From Candidatus Eiseniibacteriota bacterium (GTDB taxonomy: Bacteria > Eisenbacteria > RBG-16-71-46 > CAZAMP01): 64,000 bases of DNA. The notes beneath the pieces were generated by a model, which saw only the letters and a list, made by a program, of their open reading frames with translations, did no database searches and was not told the origin of the DNA. The first letter of the stretch is position 1. Each line of letters starts with the position of its first letter. The stretch covers positions 3,968,001-4,032,000 of the forward strand of contig OZ245046.1 in assembly GCA_965224245.1 (NCBI GenBank). The letters are read 5' to 3'. Positions 18,640-29,108 of the stretch are shown in pieces. Both the position numbers and the translations under genes were made by a program.

Positions 18640-21600
18640 GCGGCGCCTCCGGTCGCGTCCGCGGCCGCCGTTGCGCCCGAGCGCCCCCGCACCGATCGCA
18701 GGATGCCGAGCCGCAGCCCGTCCGCGAGGTCGTAGAGCACGGGGATCAAGAACAGCGTCAGCAGCGCGCCGATGGTCAGTCCCCCGATCACGGCGATCGC
18801 CATCGGAGCTCGGATCTCGGCCCCTTCGCCGAGACCGAGCGCCATCGGCAACAGCCCCAGGATCGTGGTGAGGCTCGTGATGAGGATCGGACGCAGGCGA
18901 TGCCGTCCGGCCTGGACCAGCGCCTCTCGCCGGGGCAGGCCGCCGGCGCGAAGCTGGTTGACGTAGTCGATCAGCACGATCGCGTTGTTGACGACGATTC
19001 CGCAGAGCAGGATGACGCCGATGAACACGACCACGCTGACCGAGGTCGAGGTCACCGCGAGTGCGGCCACCACCCCGATCAGCCCCAGCGGCACCGTGAA
19101 CATGATCACGAACGGATGCAGGAACGACTCGAACTGCGCGGCCATGACGAGATAGACCATGAACGCCGCCAGGAGGACGGCGAGCACGAGGCTCCGGAAC
19201 GACTCGTCGAGCTCGTCGTTCTGTCCGCCGAGCGCGACGCGCACCTCGGGGGGCAGCGTCATTCCGGCCAGGGCGGCGTGGATGTCGTCGGTCACGCTGC
19301 CGAGATCGCGCCCGATCACGTCCGCGGAGATGATCGCCGCGCGCTCGTGGTCCACGTGGGTGACCTCAGACGGTCCGCGTCCCACGCTCACCTCGGCGAT
19401 GCTGGATAGCAGGATCGGGACCCCCTCGACCTCGGAGACGACCGACGCGGCGATCTCGTCCATCCGGGCGTGACGGGCCCCCGCCGATCGCACCCGCACG
19501 TCGAGCTGACGGTCCCGCTCGCGGTAGGTGGTCGCGATCTGGCCGCGAATCTGATTGCGGAGGACCCGTGCGGCGTCGGTGAGCTCGATGCCGAGAAGGG
19601 CCATGCGCTCGCGATCGAAGCGGACCTGCACCTCCGGGTTGCCGAGCTCGACCGAGCTCGTCACGTCCCGGAGGCCGGGAACGTCCCGGAGCCGGGTCGC
19701 GATCTCCTCGGAGACCCGGCCGACGGTCTCCAGGTCGTACCCGATGACCTCGACCTCGATCGGCGTGTCGAACGTGAAGTACGAGGGACGGCTGAAGCGC
19801 ACGTCGGTGAAGTCGGTGTCCGACAGGCGCCCGCGCAGCCGCTCGATGACGCGGCTCTCGGCGTTCTCGTCGGACGGGTCGGCCAGCCTCACGCCGATCT
19901 GCGCCAGGTTCTCCTTCCGGTCGGCGACGTCGCCGCCGAAGTCGGCGGCCGCGCCGACCTTGGTGAAGAACACGTCGATCTCGGGATCGCCCACGAGCGA
20001 CTCCTCGAGGTCGCCCACCACGCGGTCGGTCACCGCCTGCGGCGTGCCGGCCGGCATCTCCAGCTCCAGCGCGAACTCGCCCTGCGTGAACTGGGGGATC
20101 AGCTCGCGTCCGAGACCGAGGGCGCCGACGGTCGCGAGGACGGCGGCCGCGAGCGCGGCGCCGACCACGAGCCCGCGTCGGCCCAGGACCGCGGTGAGCG
20201 CGCGTGCATACTGGGCCTCGATCCGACCGAGGGGCCGCGAAGCCTCGGCGCGCCGATCGCCGCCTCCGGCGGCGCGTCGCGTGACGAGCCGCCGGAGCCC
20301 GAGCGCCGCGCCACGCACGACCCAGATCACGCGCCACGCGCACGAGAACAGAACGAACCGAAACGCGTGGCGAAGCACGAAGGGCACCCATCCGATCCTG
20401 CGGCGCGGCCGGGCGATCGGTGGCAGGGCGCCGGGGACCTCGGTGAACGCCAGGTCCGCACGCTCGGTCCGTCCGCCCAGCGCGGCCAGCATCGGGATCA
20501 GCGTCAGCGCGATCACGAGCGAGACGGCGAGCGCCGAGGTGACGGTCTTCGCCTGGTCGTCGAAGATCTCGCCGGCAACGCCCTCGACGAAGATGATCGG
20601 CAGGAACACCGCGATCGTGGTCAGCGTGGACGCGATCACGGCCCGCCCCACCTGAGACGCGCCGCGACGCGCGGCCTCGAAGAGATCGTCGCCCTCCTCG
20701 CGCCGCCGGGCGATGGACTCCAGCACGACCACGGAGTTGTCCACGAGCATCCCCACCGCGAGTGCGAGGCCGCCCAGGGACATGATGTTGAGCGAGATCC
20801 CGAGCTGACCCATGACGACGAACGTGACCAGGATCGAGAGGGGGATGGACGCGCCGATGATGGCCGTCGAGCGAACGTCGCGGAGGAACGCCATCAGCAC
20901 GAGCACGGCGAGGATGCCCCCCAGGATCGCGTTCTGCCGCACCTCGGAGATCGCCTGTCGGATGAAGACGGACTGATCGAACAGGACCGACGTCGTCACC
21001 TCCTCGGGGAGCCGCTCGGCGAGCGCCGCGAGGCGTCGCTCGACGCGATCCGCGACGGCCACGGTGTTCGCGTCTCCCTCGCGGTAGATGGCCAGCTCCA
21101 CCGACTCCTGGCCGGACACGCGCGTGATGACGTCGCGATCCTTGTACCCGCGGGCGACGTCGGCCACGTCACCCAGCTTCACCACGCGACCGTCGGCCTG
21201 GTCGAGCACGGTGGACTCGATGTCGGCCAGGCGATCGAACTCGTTGACGGCGCGCACGAGGAACTCCGATTCCCGGTCGCGCAGACGTCCGCCGGACGTG
21301 TTGACGTTCTGCTCGTCGAGGAACGTGGTGACGCGCGTGATCGGGATTCCGAGCGCGGCCAGGCGCGCTCCGTCCACGTCCACCTGGATCTCCTCCTCGA
21401 GTCCACCGGTCACGCGCACGCTGGCCACGCCGTCGAGCGATTCGAGGTCCTTTCGCAGGACCTCGTCGGCGAGATACCGGAGGCGCACCAGATCCAGATC
21501 CCCGTGGAGGCCGATCCGGAGGATCGGATCGAGGTTGGGGTCGTAGCGCAGCAGCACCGGGCTCTCGGCGTCGTCGGGGAGATCGACGAGGTCGATCTTC

Positions 21601-21929
21601 TCACGCACGTCGAGGCTCGCGTAGTCCATGTCGGTCTCCCACGCGAACTCCAGCGTGATGGTGCTCCAGCCGGGCCGGCTGGACGATCGCATCGCGCGAA
21701 GACCGCGCACGACCGAGACCGACTGCTCGATCTCGTTCGTGATCAGCGCCTCGACCTCCTGGGGTGCGGCGTCGGGGAACTCGGTCTGGATGGTCAGTGT
21801 CGGGTACGAGATGTCGGGCAGGAGGGTGATCGGCAGACGGCCGGCGGCCACGAAGCCGAACAGCACCGCCGCCGCGGCACACATCGAGATCGTCACCGGA
21901 TGGGTGACGGCGAAGTTCACGAGGCGCAT
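18636..21929 (-). CDS. RND efflux permease (AcrB/AcrD/AcrF family)
   Basis: LLPDISYP, GMLVDNSVVVLE, RLRPILIT; overlaps next gene by 4 nt. Confidence 0.95.
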   Translation of the reverse strand: MRLVNFAVTHPVTISMCAAAAVLFGFVAAGRLPITLLPDISYPTLTIQTEFPDAAPQEVEALITNEIEQSVSVVRGLRAMRSSSRPGWSTITLEFAWETDMDYASLDVREKIDLVDLPDDAESPVLLRYDPNLDPILRIGLHGDLDLVRLRYLADEVLRKDLESLDGVASVRVTGGLEEEIQVDVDGARLAALGIPITRVTTFLDEQNVNTSGGRLRDRESEFLVRAVNEFDRLADIESTVLDQADGRVVKLGDVADVARGYKDRDVITRVSGQESVELAIYREGDANTVAVADRVERRLAALAERLPEEVTTSVLFDQSVFIRQAISEVRQNAILGGILAVLVLMAFLRDVRSTAIIGASIPLSILVTFVVMGQLGISLNIMSLGGLALAVGMLVDNSVVVLESIARRREEGDDLFEAARRGASQVGRAVIASTLTTIAVFLPIIFVEGVAGEIFDDQAKTVTSALAVSLVIALTLIPMLAALGGRTERADLAFTEVPGALPPIARPRRRIGWVPFVLRHAFRFVLFSCAWRVIWVVRGAALGLRRLVTRRAAGGGDRRAEASRPLGRIEAQYARALTAVLGRRGLVVGAALAAAVLATVGALGLGRELIPQFTQGEFALELEMPAGTPQAVTDRVVGDLEESLVGDPEIDVFFTKVGAAADFGGDVADRKENLAQIGVRLADPSDENAESRVIERLRGRLSDTDFTDVRFSRPSYFTFDTPIEVEVIGYDLETVGRVSEEIATRLRDVPGLRDVTSSVELGNPEVQVRFDRERMALLGIELTDAARVLRNQIRGQIATTYRERDRQLDVRVRSAGARHARMDEIAASVVSEVEGVPILLSSIAEVSVGRGPSEVTHVDHERAAIISADVIGRDLGSVTDDIHAALAGMTLPPEVRVALGGQNDELDESFRSLVLAVLLAAFMVYLVMAAQFESFLHPFVIMFTVPLGLIGVVAALAVTSTSVSVVVFIGVILLCGIVVNNAIVLIDYVNQLRAGGLPRREALVQAGRHRLRPILITSLTTILGLLPMALGLGEGAEIRAPMAIAVIGGLTIGALLTLFLIPVLYDLADGLRLGILRSVRGRSGATAAADATGGAA

Positions 21930-21938
21930 GGTCGCCTC

Positions 21939-23135
21939 CTAGGTGTCGTCGTGGGGTGTGGTCTCGATGACGCGGACCCGCGAGTCGCTCTCCAGCGAGG
22001 ACTGGCCCGCCGTGACGACGACCGCGTCGGGGTCGAGGCCCGAGAGGACCTCGATGCGGTCGTCGTACACGTAGCCGGTCTCGACGCGCACTCGGCGGAC
22101 GCGATCGTCCGTCACGCGATAGACGAACGTCTCACCGCCCTGCTCGACGATCGCCCGCTCGGGCACCGTGATCGCGTTCGGATGACGATCGGTCTCGATC
22201 CGGACCTTCACGAACGATCCGGGTCGGATCTCGCCCACGGCGTCGCGGTCCAGCTCGCAGGTGACCTTGACCGTCCCGGTTCGGCGGTCCACGACCGGCG
22301 CGATCCGGACCACGCGACCGGGGAACGAGCGGGACTCCGCGTCGGACTCGATCGCCACCGGCTGGCCGATGGCCACGCGCCCGACATGCGCCTCGGGCAT
22401 GTACACCCGCGCGAGCAGCGGCTCGGGATCGGCGAGCACGAAGAGCTCGGTGCCGGGCGAGGTGTGATCCCCGACGCCGACCAGCCGCTGGCTGACGATG
22501 CCGTCGAACGGCGCCTCCACGCGGGTGAGGCTCTCGGTGAGCTCGGCCGCGCGGAGCCGGGCCGCGGCGGCCTCGTAGGAGGACTTCGCGGCCACGAACT
22601 CGCTCCGGCTGGTCAGCTCGCGCTCCAGCAACGTGGACTGGCGATTCATCTCCTGGCGGAGGTTCTCGACGTCGGCGCGTCGCTCCTCGAGCTGGATCTT
22701 CTGCTCGCGACCGTCGAGCTCGAGCAGCACCTGTCCGGTGGTGACCCGGTCGCCCTCCTCGACACGCAGCCGGACGATCTGCCCCGTCGTCTGGGCGAGA
22801 AGTCGGGCTTCGTTCTCGGCCTCGAGCGTGGCGGATCCGCTGAAGTACGTGGGCACGTCGCGGCTGTCCGCCGCGGCGACCTCCACGGGAACCGGATCGT
22901 CCTCCTCGGCGTCCGCCGCCTGCGCCGCGCCGGCCGTGCTGTCGGCGTCCGCGCCGACGGCGCTCGTCGAGGTGGAGTCGGCATCCATGATCGCCTGCGC
23001 AACGGCAGACTCGGTTCCACGCTGGAAGACGAAGAGATACCCGGCGGCCGCGAGGATCACGACGAGCGTCAGGATGCCGAAGATCCGACCGCTCGCGCGC
23101 GCCCGGCCTCCCGTTCGATCGGTCGAGGTTGCCAT
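21939..23135 (-). CDS. RND periplasmic adaptor (MFP)
   Basis: N-terminal TM, lipoyl 'VEEGDRV..GQ.L', APFDG.V, PVVD..TGT.KV. Confidence 0.93.
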   Translation of the reverse strand: MATSTDRTGGRARASGRIFGILTLVVILAAAGYLFVFQRGTESAVAQAIMDADSTSTSAVGADADSTAGAAQAADAEEDDPVPVEVAAADSRDVPTYFSGSATLEAENEARLLAQTTGQIVRLRVEEGDRVTTGQVLLELDGREQKIQLEERRADVENLRQEMNRQSTLLERELTSRSEFVAAKSSYEAAAARLRAAELTESLTRVEAPFDGIVSQRLVGVGDHTSPGTELFVLADPEPLLARVYMPEAHVGRVAIGQPVAIESDAESRSFPGRVVRIAPVVDRRTGTVKVTCELDRDAVGEIRPGSFVKVRIETDRHPNAITVPERAIVEQGGETFVYRVTDDRVRRVRVETGYVYDDRIEVLSGLDPDAVVVTAGQSSLESDSRVRVIETTPHDDT

Positions 23136-23346
23136 TGCGCTCTGAACTCCAGAACAGCGGCTTGGGGGCGCGCTACCGGGACGGTGAGGAGCTATGATCG
23201 CGGAGTACGTGACCCGGACGACGGTGTTTCACTGGGCGTCGAGTGAGCTGGAACTTCCACGTGGACCGCCGGGTGTCCACGGAGCTCTCGATGCCCCGGA
23301 CGTGACTCGTCACGGCGCACGCGCGCCCACAACCCGGGGCCGGACC

Positions 23347-23991
23347 ATGTCGCGAGGCTTCATCCAACTCTTTTCACTCCAGTCGATTGCCCTTCTCGCC
23401 ATCGGATCTCTCCTGGCGACCTCGGGTCGGGCCGACTCGTCCGGCGGAGACCAGAGCGTCCGCGCCGAGCTCACCTGCGGCGTCGCGTTTCCGACCGACG
23501 ATCACGTGGCGGCGGCGTTCGACTGGGCACCCAGCTTCGGGCTCGGGATCGCCGCGCGCTCCGGTGCGCGGCGCTGGATGGCGATGGACCTCGGTGTCCA
23601 CCGCTACTCGGGGCTCGAGCTCGCCCCCGACCCCACCTTCGAGCTGTCCGACGAGACGATCCGTGTGATCCCGGTTCGCTTCGGGTTCCGGTGGGATCTC
23701 TCCCGTCTCGACGAGGACGCCCCGCCGGCGACGATTCTCCTCGGCGCCGGGCTCGCGACCGCGATCGTCCGATGGGAGGGCTCGCCCGAGCTCGGTGACA
23801 CCGAATCCAGCTCGTTCCGGGTCGGTCCGTACGTGGAGCTCCAGCCGCAGTTCCGCGTGGGGGACGCGTGGCACGTGTTCGTCAGACAGCGCTTCACGTT
23901 GCTCGGCACCTGGAAGCCCGAGGCCCGCACCGACGAGCTGGATCTGAACGACGGCCACCTGACGCTCGGCGTCTCCCGGGAGGTGAACTGA
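23347..23991 (+). CDS. Secreted protein, probable small outer-membrane beta-barrel
   Basis: Signal peptide; alternating beta-strand pattern; TGATG overlap with next gene. Confidence 0.6.
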   Translation: MSRGFIQLFSLQSIALLAIGSLLATSGRADSSGGDQSVRAELTCGVAFPTDDHVAAAFDWAPSFGLGIAARSGARRWMAMDLGVHRYSGLELAPDPTFELSDETIRVIPVRFGFRWDLSRLDEDAPPATILLGAGLATAIVRWEGSPELGDTESSSFRVGPYVELQPQFRVGDAWHVFVRQRFTLLGTWKPEARTDELDLNDGHLTLGVSREVN

Positions 23992-25016
23992 TGCGATCGA
24001 CCATGGGAGCGGCGCTGCTGGCACTGAGCGCGACGGTGCTCCACGCCCCGTCCGCGAGCACGATGTGCTTTCCGATGACCTGCCCCGACTGCAATCTCAC
24101 GATCGATGGCCAGCTCAACCTGGCGGTGATCGATCGAGCCGCGGGCACGGTCACCCTCGTCCCCAACATCCGGATCGTCGGCGACGCCGAGAGCTTCGCG
24201 CTCATTCTCCCCACCCCCGCGGTGCCGGAGCTCGCGCCGGCGTCGCTGGACACCTGGACCGACCTCGGGCGGCTCACCGCACCCTTGAATGCGCGCAACA
24301 CACGGTCCGGGTGCGGCGTCGAGACGGTCACCTTCGATCCCGCGAGCGTGGACGCGGTCGGGGGAACGTTCGAGGACGTCATCGTGATCGACCAGCTCGA
24401 GGTCGGGAGCTTCGACGTGACCGTGCTCTCATCGGACGATCCCGACGCGCTCACCGACTGGCTCGACGCCAACGGCTTCGCGGTCACCGCCGAGCACGCC
24501 GCCGCGCTCTCGCCCTACGTGGATCGCGGCTGGGTGTTCACGGCGATGAAGCTGCGAGACGGCGTGGACCCGCCCGGCTTCGGCTGGAACTCCAACGTCG
24601 ACCCGGTCTCGGTCACGTTCGAGGCCGATCGGCTCGACGTGCCGTTCGATCTGCTCGGGATCAACCGGGACGCGTCGTACACGATGGTCTTCATCGTCGT
24701 CGACGATCACCGCGTCACGCTGCCCGGCTTCGACACGACGTATGCCAACCGGATCTCGTCGAGCGAGTCCGCGTCGATCGCGAGGTTCTACCCGAGCCTG
24801 GCGCCGATCACGAAGGCGGGACGCATGATCACCCGTCTCGAGCGGCGCTTCGCGGGCGGCGATTCGATGACGGGCCTGGTCACGGTCGCGCGCGCCCCCA
24901 ACGACGACGAGTTCCGACTCGTCCTCCGGGGCGGGGTTCCCCTGGGATGGCTGGGGCTCGTGGCGGCGATGGCGGGGGTGGCCGCCTGGCGTCGCCGCCT
25001 GCGAGAGCGAGGCTGA
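23991..25016 (+). CDS. DUF2330-like secreted protein with C-terminal TM and basic tail
   Basis: 'GDAESFALILPTPAVP', 'VGSFDVTVL...L..WL..NGF', 'PYV..GW.F.A.KL'. Confidence 0.75.
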   Translation: MRSTMGAALLALSATVLHAPSASTMCFPMTCPDCNLTIDGQLNLAVIDRAAGTVTLVPNIRIVGDAESFALILPTPAVPELAPASLDTWTDLGRLTAPLNARNTRSGCGVETVTFDPASVDAVGGTFEDVIVIDQLEVGSFDVTVLSSDDPDALTDWLDANGFAVTAEHAAALSPYVDRGWVFTAMKLRDGVDPPGFGWNSNVDPVSVTFEADRLDVPFDLLGINRDASYTMVFIVVDDHRVTLPGFDTTYANRISSSESASIARFYPSLAPITKAGRMITRLERRFAGGDSMTGLVTVARAPNDDEFRLVLRGGVPLGWLGLVAAMAGVAAWRRRLRERG

Positions 25017-25174
25017 CGCCGGGAAACGGGACGTTCAGGCAGACGAACTCTCGACCTCGGGGAGGGACCTGATCACATGTGGACGACTCGTTCGCCCGGT
25101 CGGCGGAAGGCACGTTCTGGCGATGCGGCGAGGCTCTCAGCAAGGACGGATCGGCAGCCGGCTACGGCGTCGCC

Positions 25175-26470
25175 CTATTGCCGGTCGAGAAGCATGACCC
25201 GGATGACCCGACCGATGGTCAGTCCCTGCACGAGGATCGAGAAGATCACGACCGCGTAGGTCGCGGTCAGGACGGCCTCGCGTCCCGGAAACGCCGGCAG
25301 CGAGAGGGCCAGCGCAACCGAGATCGCGCCCTTGAGGCCTCCCCAGGTCAGGATCCGCACCACGCCCGGCGAGAACTCGTGGCGAAGCCGGAGCACCGAG
25401 ATCGGGCCCAGCACCGACAGGAACCGGGCCGCGAGCACCACGGGCACTAGGATCAGCGCCGCCCCGACGAAGCGAGGGTCGAACGAGATCGCTAGCACCT
25501 CGAGACCCACGAGCAGGAACAGCACCGCGTTCAGCGCCTCGTCGATGAACGACCAGACGACGTCCAGCGCCAGGCGTGTGCGGTCGCGCATCGCCAGCCG
25601 GCGTCCCCGGTTTCCGATCAGGAGCCCGGCGATCACGCACGCGAGGGGGCCCGACGCATGCAGCCGCGCGGCCGTCACCGTGACCGCCATCACGAGGGCC
25701 ACGCTGAAGAACACCTCGAGGTTCGGCTCCTCCAGCCCTCGCATGGCCAGGTAAGTCAGAAACCCGAAGCCGAGGCCCACGGCGACGCCACCGACGACCT
25801 CCCGCAGAAAGACGGCGAGGACGGCGCCCCCGGAGACGCCGGCGGCGTGGACGGCCTCGCCGGGGGCACCGGCGTGGTGCGCGTCGCCGGCGCCGGCGGC
25901 GGCCAGGAGCAGCGAGAAGATCACGACGCCGAACCCGTCGTTGAGGAGGCTCTCGCCCGCAACCTTCGTCTCGAGGCTCGCCGGCGCCCCGACCGACTTC
26001 ATGATGCCGAGCACCGCGATGGGATCGGTCGGCGAGATCAGCGCCCCGAACACGAAGCAGTACGCCACCGGCACGTCGAGGCCGAGCAGCCGAAAGACCC
26101 CGTAGGCGCCGGCGCCGACGATGGCCGTGGACACCACGAGCCCCACCGAGGCCAGTGTGAGGATCGGCGTCCGCCGGGCCATCAGGTCGTCGAAGTTCAC
26201 GTGGAGGGCGCCCGCGAACAGGAGGAAACCCAGCATGCCGTGCATCAGCGCCCGCGTGAAGTCGATCTCGGTGATCAGCGATCGGACGAGCGACCCCACG
26301 CCGAGCGACGGGAAGGCCGCATCGGCGCCCACGACGATCGCCGAGGCGACGAGGCCCGCGACCACGAGCCCGATCGTGAACGGCAGCTTCAGGAGATGGT
26401 GGTTGATCAGTGCGAAGACCGCCGCCACGACCATGAGGACCGACGCGGTGTCGAACAGACCGAACGTCAC
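25175..26470 (-). CDS. Na+/H+ antiporter, CPA1 (NhaP-like)
   Basis: LLFAGAL, ISPTDPIAV, GESLLNDG, WGGLKGAIS; GTG start overlapping upstream stop. Confidence 0.93.
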   Translation of the reverse strand: MTFGLFDTASVLMVVAAVFALINHHLLKLPFTIGLVVAGLVASAIVVGADAAFPSLGVGSLVRSLITEIDFTRALMHGMLGFLLFAGALHVNFDDLMARRTPILTLASVGLVVSTAIVGAGAYGVFRLLGLDVPVAYCFVFGALISPTDPIAVLGIMKSVGAPASLETKVAGESLLNDGFGVVIFSLLLAAAGAGDAHHAGAPGEAVHAAGVSGGAVLAVFLREVVGGVAVGLGFGFLTYLAMRGLEEPNLEVFFSVALVMAVTVTAARLHASGPLACVIAGLLIGNRGRRLAMRDRTRLALDVVWSFIDEALNAVLFLLVGLEVLAISFDPRFVGAALILVPVVLAARFLSVLGPISVLRLRHEFSPGVVRILTWGGLKGAISVALALSLPAFPGREAVLTATYAVVIFSILVQGLTIGRVIRVMLLDRQ

Positions 26471-27552
26471 GCGGTCCCTCCCGACGAGGATCCCGGCAGC
26501 CGGAAGTCGAAGATCGGATCGAACACCTCGACGCCCAGGCGCGCAGCCACGACGGGGGACTTGACCGTCGCGAGTCGCAGCACGGGCACCGTCAGCACCG
26601 CGTTCCAGGACGTCTCCACCGCGCGCCCCTGACCGTCGACGACGACGAGGTCGACGTCCGCGCACACCGTGGCGAGCGCATGCGACACCTCGCGCAGATC
26701 CAGCCCGGGGCTCGCGCCACCGGTGGACACGACCCGGATCGTCCCGGCTTCGAGCGCGGCGGCCAGCGTCCGGTCGCGCTCGCTCCGCGTGCCGAGGAGC
26801 GACGCCGCCTCGGCCGCGGTGACGTCGTTCAGCGCGGGATGCTCGTTGGCGGCCAGCGTCACCCGGCAGTCGCGCATCGCCAGCGTCCGGGCCAGCGGAA
26901 CGATGCCGTCGAGGAAATCCATCCCCGCGTTGTCGACGAGGATCAGCACGTGCCCGAGACGGCGGCCCTTCAGCCAGGCCCGGAGATCCGGGCGCCCGTC
27001 GAACGCGGGGGCTCGCGCGCGCACCTCCTCGGCGAGTCGCGCCAGCCCCTCGCCGCCCTCGGCGTACGCGGCGGCCACCTCGGGGGATGCCATGTCGAAG
27101 ACGTTTCCGGCGAGCACGAGCCAGGCTCCGGCCTCGATCACGTCGAAGAGATCCCCGGTGGCGATCGGGTCGAGATCACCATCGCGAGAAGCGGAACGGA
27201 GTCGATCGAGGCAGCGGCCGTTCTCTCGCTCCTTGACCACCGCGAAGGCGTCGGCCACCCCGTGCTCCCGGAGCAATCGGTCGCGGACGGTGACCAGATG
27301 GTGCACGGTGGGATGCGTCTCGTGCACGGCGGGATGATCCAGCGCCTGCAGCATCGAGACCCACGCGGCCGCGGCGGAGCGGGCGCCCCGTGCCTCGGCG
27401 GCGCCCTGCGTCTCCTCGACGAGCGTGCACACGTCGCCGATGTTGGCCCGGAGACGACGGACCCACTCGGCGCGCACGTCGGCGTCCTTGCGAAGATCCC
27501 AGAGTCCGGGCCAGTAGGACGCCGGATCGGCGAGCAGCGGGAAGACGGGCAT
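26467..27552 (-). CDS. DUF89/ARMT1-like damage-control phosphatase
   Basis: AGNVFD, LVDNAG.D, PALNDVT, G.GRAVET motifs. Confidence 0.8.
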   Translation of the reverse strand: MPVFPLLADPASYWPGLWDLRKDADVRAEWVRRLRANIGDVCTLVEETQGAAEARGARSAAAAWVSMLQALDHPAVHETHPTVHHLVTVRDRLLREHGVADAFAVVKERENGRCLDRLRSASRDGDLDPIATGDLFDVIEAGAWLVLAGNVFDMASPEVAAAYAEGGEGLARLAEEVRARAPAFDGRPDLRAWLKGRRLGHVLILVDNAGMDFLDGIVPLARTLAMRDCRVTLAANEHPALNDVTAAEAASLLGTRSERDRTLAAALEAGTIRVVSTGGASPGLDLREVSHALATVCADVDLVVVDGQGRAVETSWNAVLTVPVLRLATVKSPVVAARLGVEVFDPIFDFRLPGSSSGGTA

Positions 27553-28317
27553 TCAGTCCAGATCCTGGAGGAGGTCGGTCTCGATGGGCTCGCCGGGGCG
27601 GGGCGACGGGAAGATCCGGACGAAGCATTCCTCGGCGAACAGGCCGGCCTCGTAGAAGGTCCGGAACGGCGGGCCGTTCTTCTGCGTGTCGTGCGCCTGG
27701 ATCGCCCGCCATCGGACGTCGGCGGTGTCGGCGGTGTCGATCCAGGTCGTGACCTCGTCGTCGGACGACGCGTACAGCTCGCGCGGCCAGTCGACGCGGC
27801 GGAGGCGGCTCTCGGCCACCGTGAACCCGTACAGCTTCCGCGGCCGGTGCGGCGCGAGCGCGCGCAGGTCGTCGGATCGGTACCAGGAGCGCTCCCGCGC
27901 CCCGCGAAACGCCCCCACCGTCGCCAGCGTCATCACCCGGTGATCGGGGTGATACGAGATGCCCGATCCGTGGAACGTGATGACGACGTCGGGCATCGTC
28001 TCGCGAATCACCTTCGCCAGACGCTCCTCGACCTCGAGCGCGTCCATCTCGCGCAGGCGGCCGTCCTCCCAGTCCAGGAACCCGCCGAACTCGATCCCGA
28101 GGATGTCCGCCGCGGCCTCTGTCTCGGCGCGGCGGCGGCGGCGCAGGTCCGACGGGTCGTCGGGCCGCGTGTCGTGGAGCCGGCCGGCACCGCCGTCGGT
28201 CGCCGTCACGAACACCACGCGATGGCCGAGCGCGGCGTACTTCGCCAGCGTTCCGCCGGGGCCCATGCACTCGTCGTCGGGATGGGCGAAGAGGCCCAGT
28301 ATCGTCCGTCGGGTCAT
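27553..28317 (-). CDS. PIG-L family deacetylase (MshB/BshB-like)
   Basis: AHPDDE, TDGG.G, R..E...A, HPDH, AH.TQ. Confidence 0.9.
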   Translation of the reverse strand: MTRRTILGLFAHPDDECMGPGGTLAKYAALGHRVVFVTATDGGAGRLHDTRPDDPSDLRRRRRAETEAAADILGIEFGGFLDWEDGRLREMDALEVEERLAKVIRETMPDVVITFHGSGISYHPDHRVMTLATVGAFRGARERSWYRSDDLRALAPHRPRKLYGFTVAESRLRRVDWPRELYASSDDEVTTWIDTADTADVRWRAIQAHDTQKNGPPFRTFYEAGLFAEECFVRIFPSPRPGEPIETDLLQDLD

Positions 28318-28340
28318 GAGCGCGCCCTCCCGTCCATCGA

Positions 28341-29108
28341 TCACTCCCACTCGAACGTCCGCACCGCGAGGACGCTCATCACGACGGCCCACGCGCCGAG
28401 CACCACGAGCGCGCGCCCGACCCACGCGCCGTCCAGGAGCGCGGCCTCGAGCCCGCCGGCCAGCGCCGCGGACGGTAGAAAGCGCGCCACGACCGAGACG
28501 GCCGACGGCAGCTTCTCGAGCGGCACCGCCACGCCACCGAACAGGAGCAGGACGACGTACACGGTGTTCGCCACCGCCAGCGTTCCCTCGGCGCGGAGCG
28601 TGCCCGCCAGCGCCATCGCCATGGCGCCGAACGCCAGCGTGCCGAGCGCCATCGTACCGATCGCCGCCGGTGTGTTTCCGTGGAATCGCCATCCCAGCGC
28701 GATCGAGGCGACCGCGACCAGGACGACGACCTGCAACACCAGCACCAGGACCGTGGACGCGACCTTGGCCGCCATGAGCCCGCCCCGGCCCAGCGGCGAG
28801 ACGCCGAGCCGCTTCAGGACCAGGTACTTTCGCTCGAAACCGGTCGAGATGGCCAGCCCCACGAGCGCGCTCGACATCAGTGCCATGGTCAGGATCAGCG
28901 GCATGACCGATCGGACGCGTTCGGCGGGGGTCCCCGGGACGACGTCGACCCGGGTCGCGAGCACGAGAAACAGGACGGGCAGGATCAAGGTGAACAGGAG
29001 GTTCTCACCCCTCCGGATCACCAGGCGCGTCTCGATGCTCGTCTGCGCCGACACCCGCCGCAGGAACGAGCTGGCACCGCCGCCGCGCATGTGATCGGGA
29101 GACGTCAT
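28341..29108 (-). CDS. ABC-2 type permease
   Basis: Six TM helices; ER...LKRL..SPL; PL..LP. Confidence 0.9.
   Translation of the reverse strand: MTSPDHMRGGGASSFLRRVSAQTSIETRLVIRRGENLLFTLILPVLFLVLATRVDVVPGTPAERVRSVMPLILTMALMSSALVGLAISTGFERKYLVLKRLGVSPLGRGGLMAAKVASTVLVLVLQVVVLVAVASIALGWRFHGNTPAAIGTMALGTLAFGAMAMALAGTLRAEGTLAVANTVYVVLLLFGGVAVPLEKLPSAVSVVARFLPSAALAGGLEAALLDGAWVGRALVVLGAWAVVMSVLAVRTFEWE

Noticed and set aside
15346..23246. Very long + strand ORFs (1129 aa, 1258 aa)
   Set aside because: Antisense shadows of the RND genes, expected in high-GC DNA; no recognisable domains
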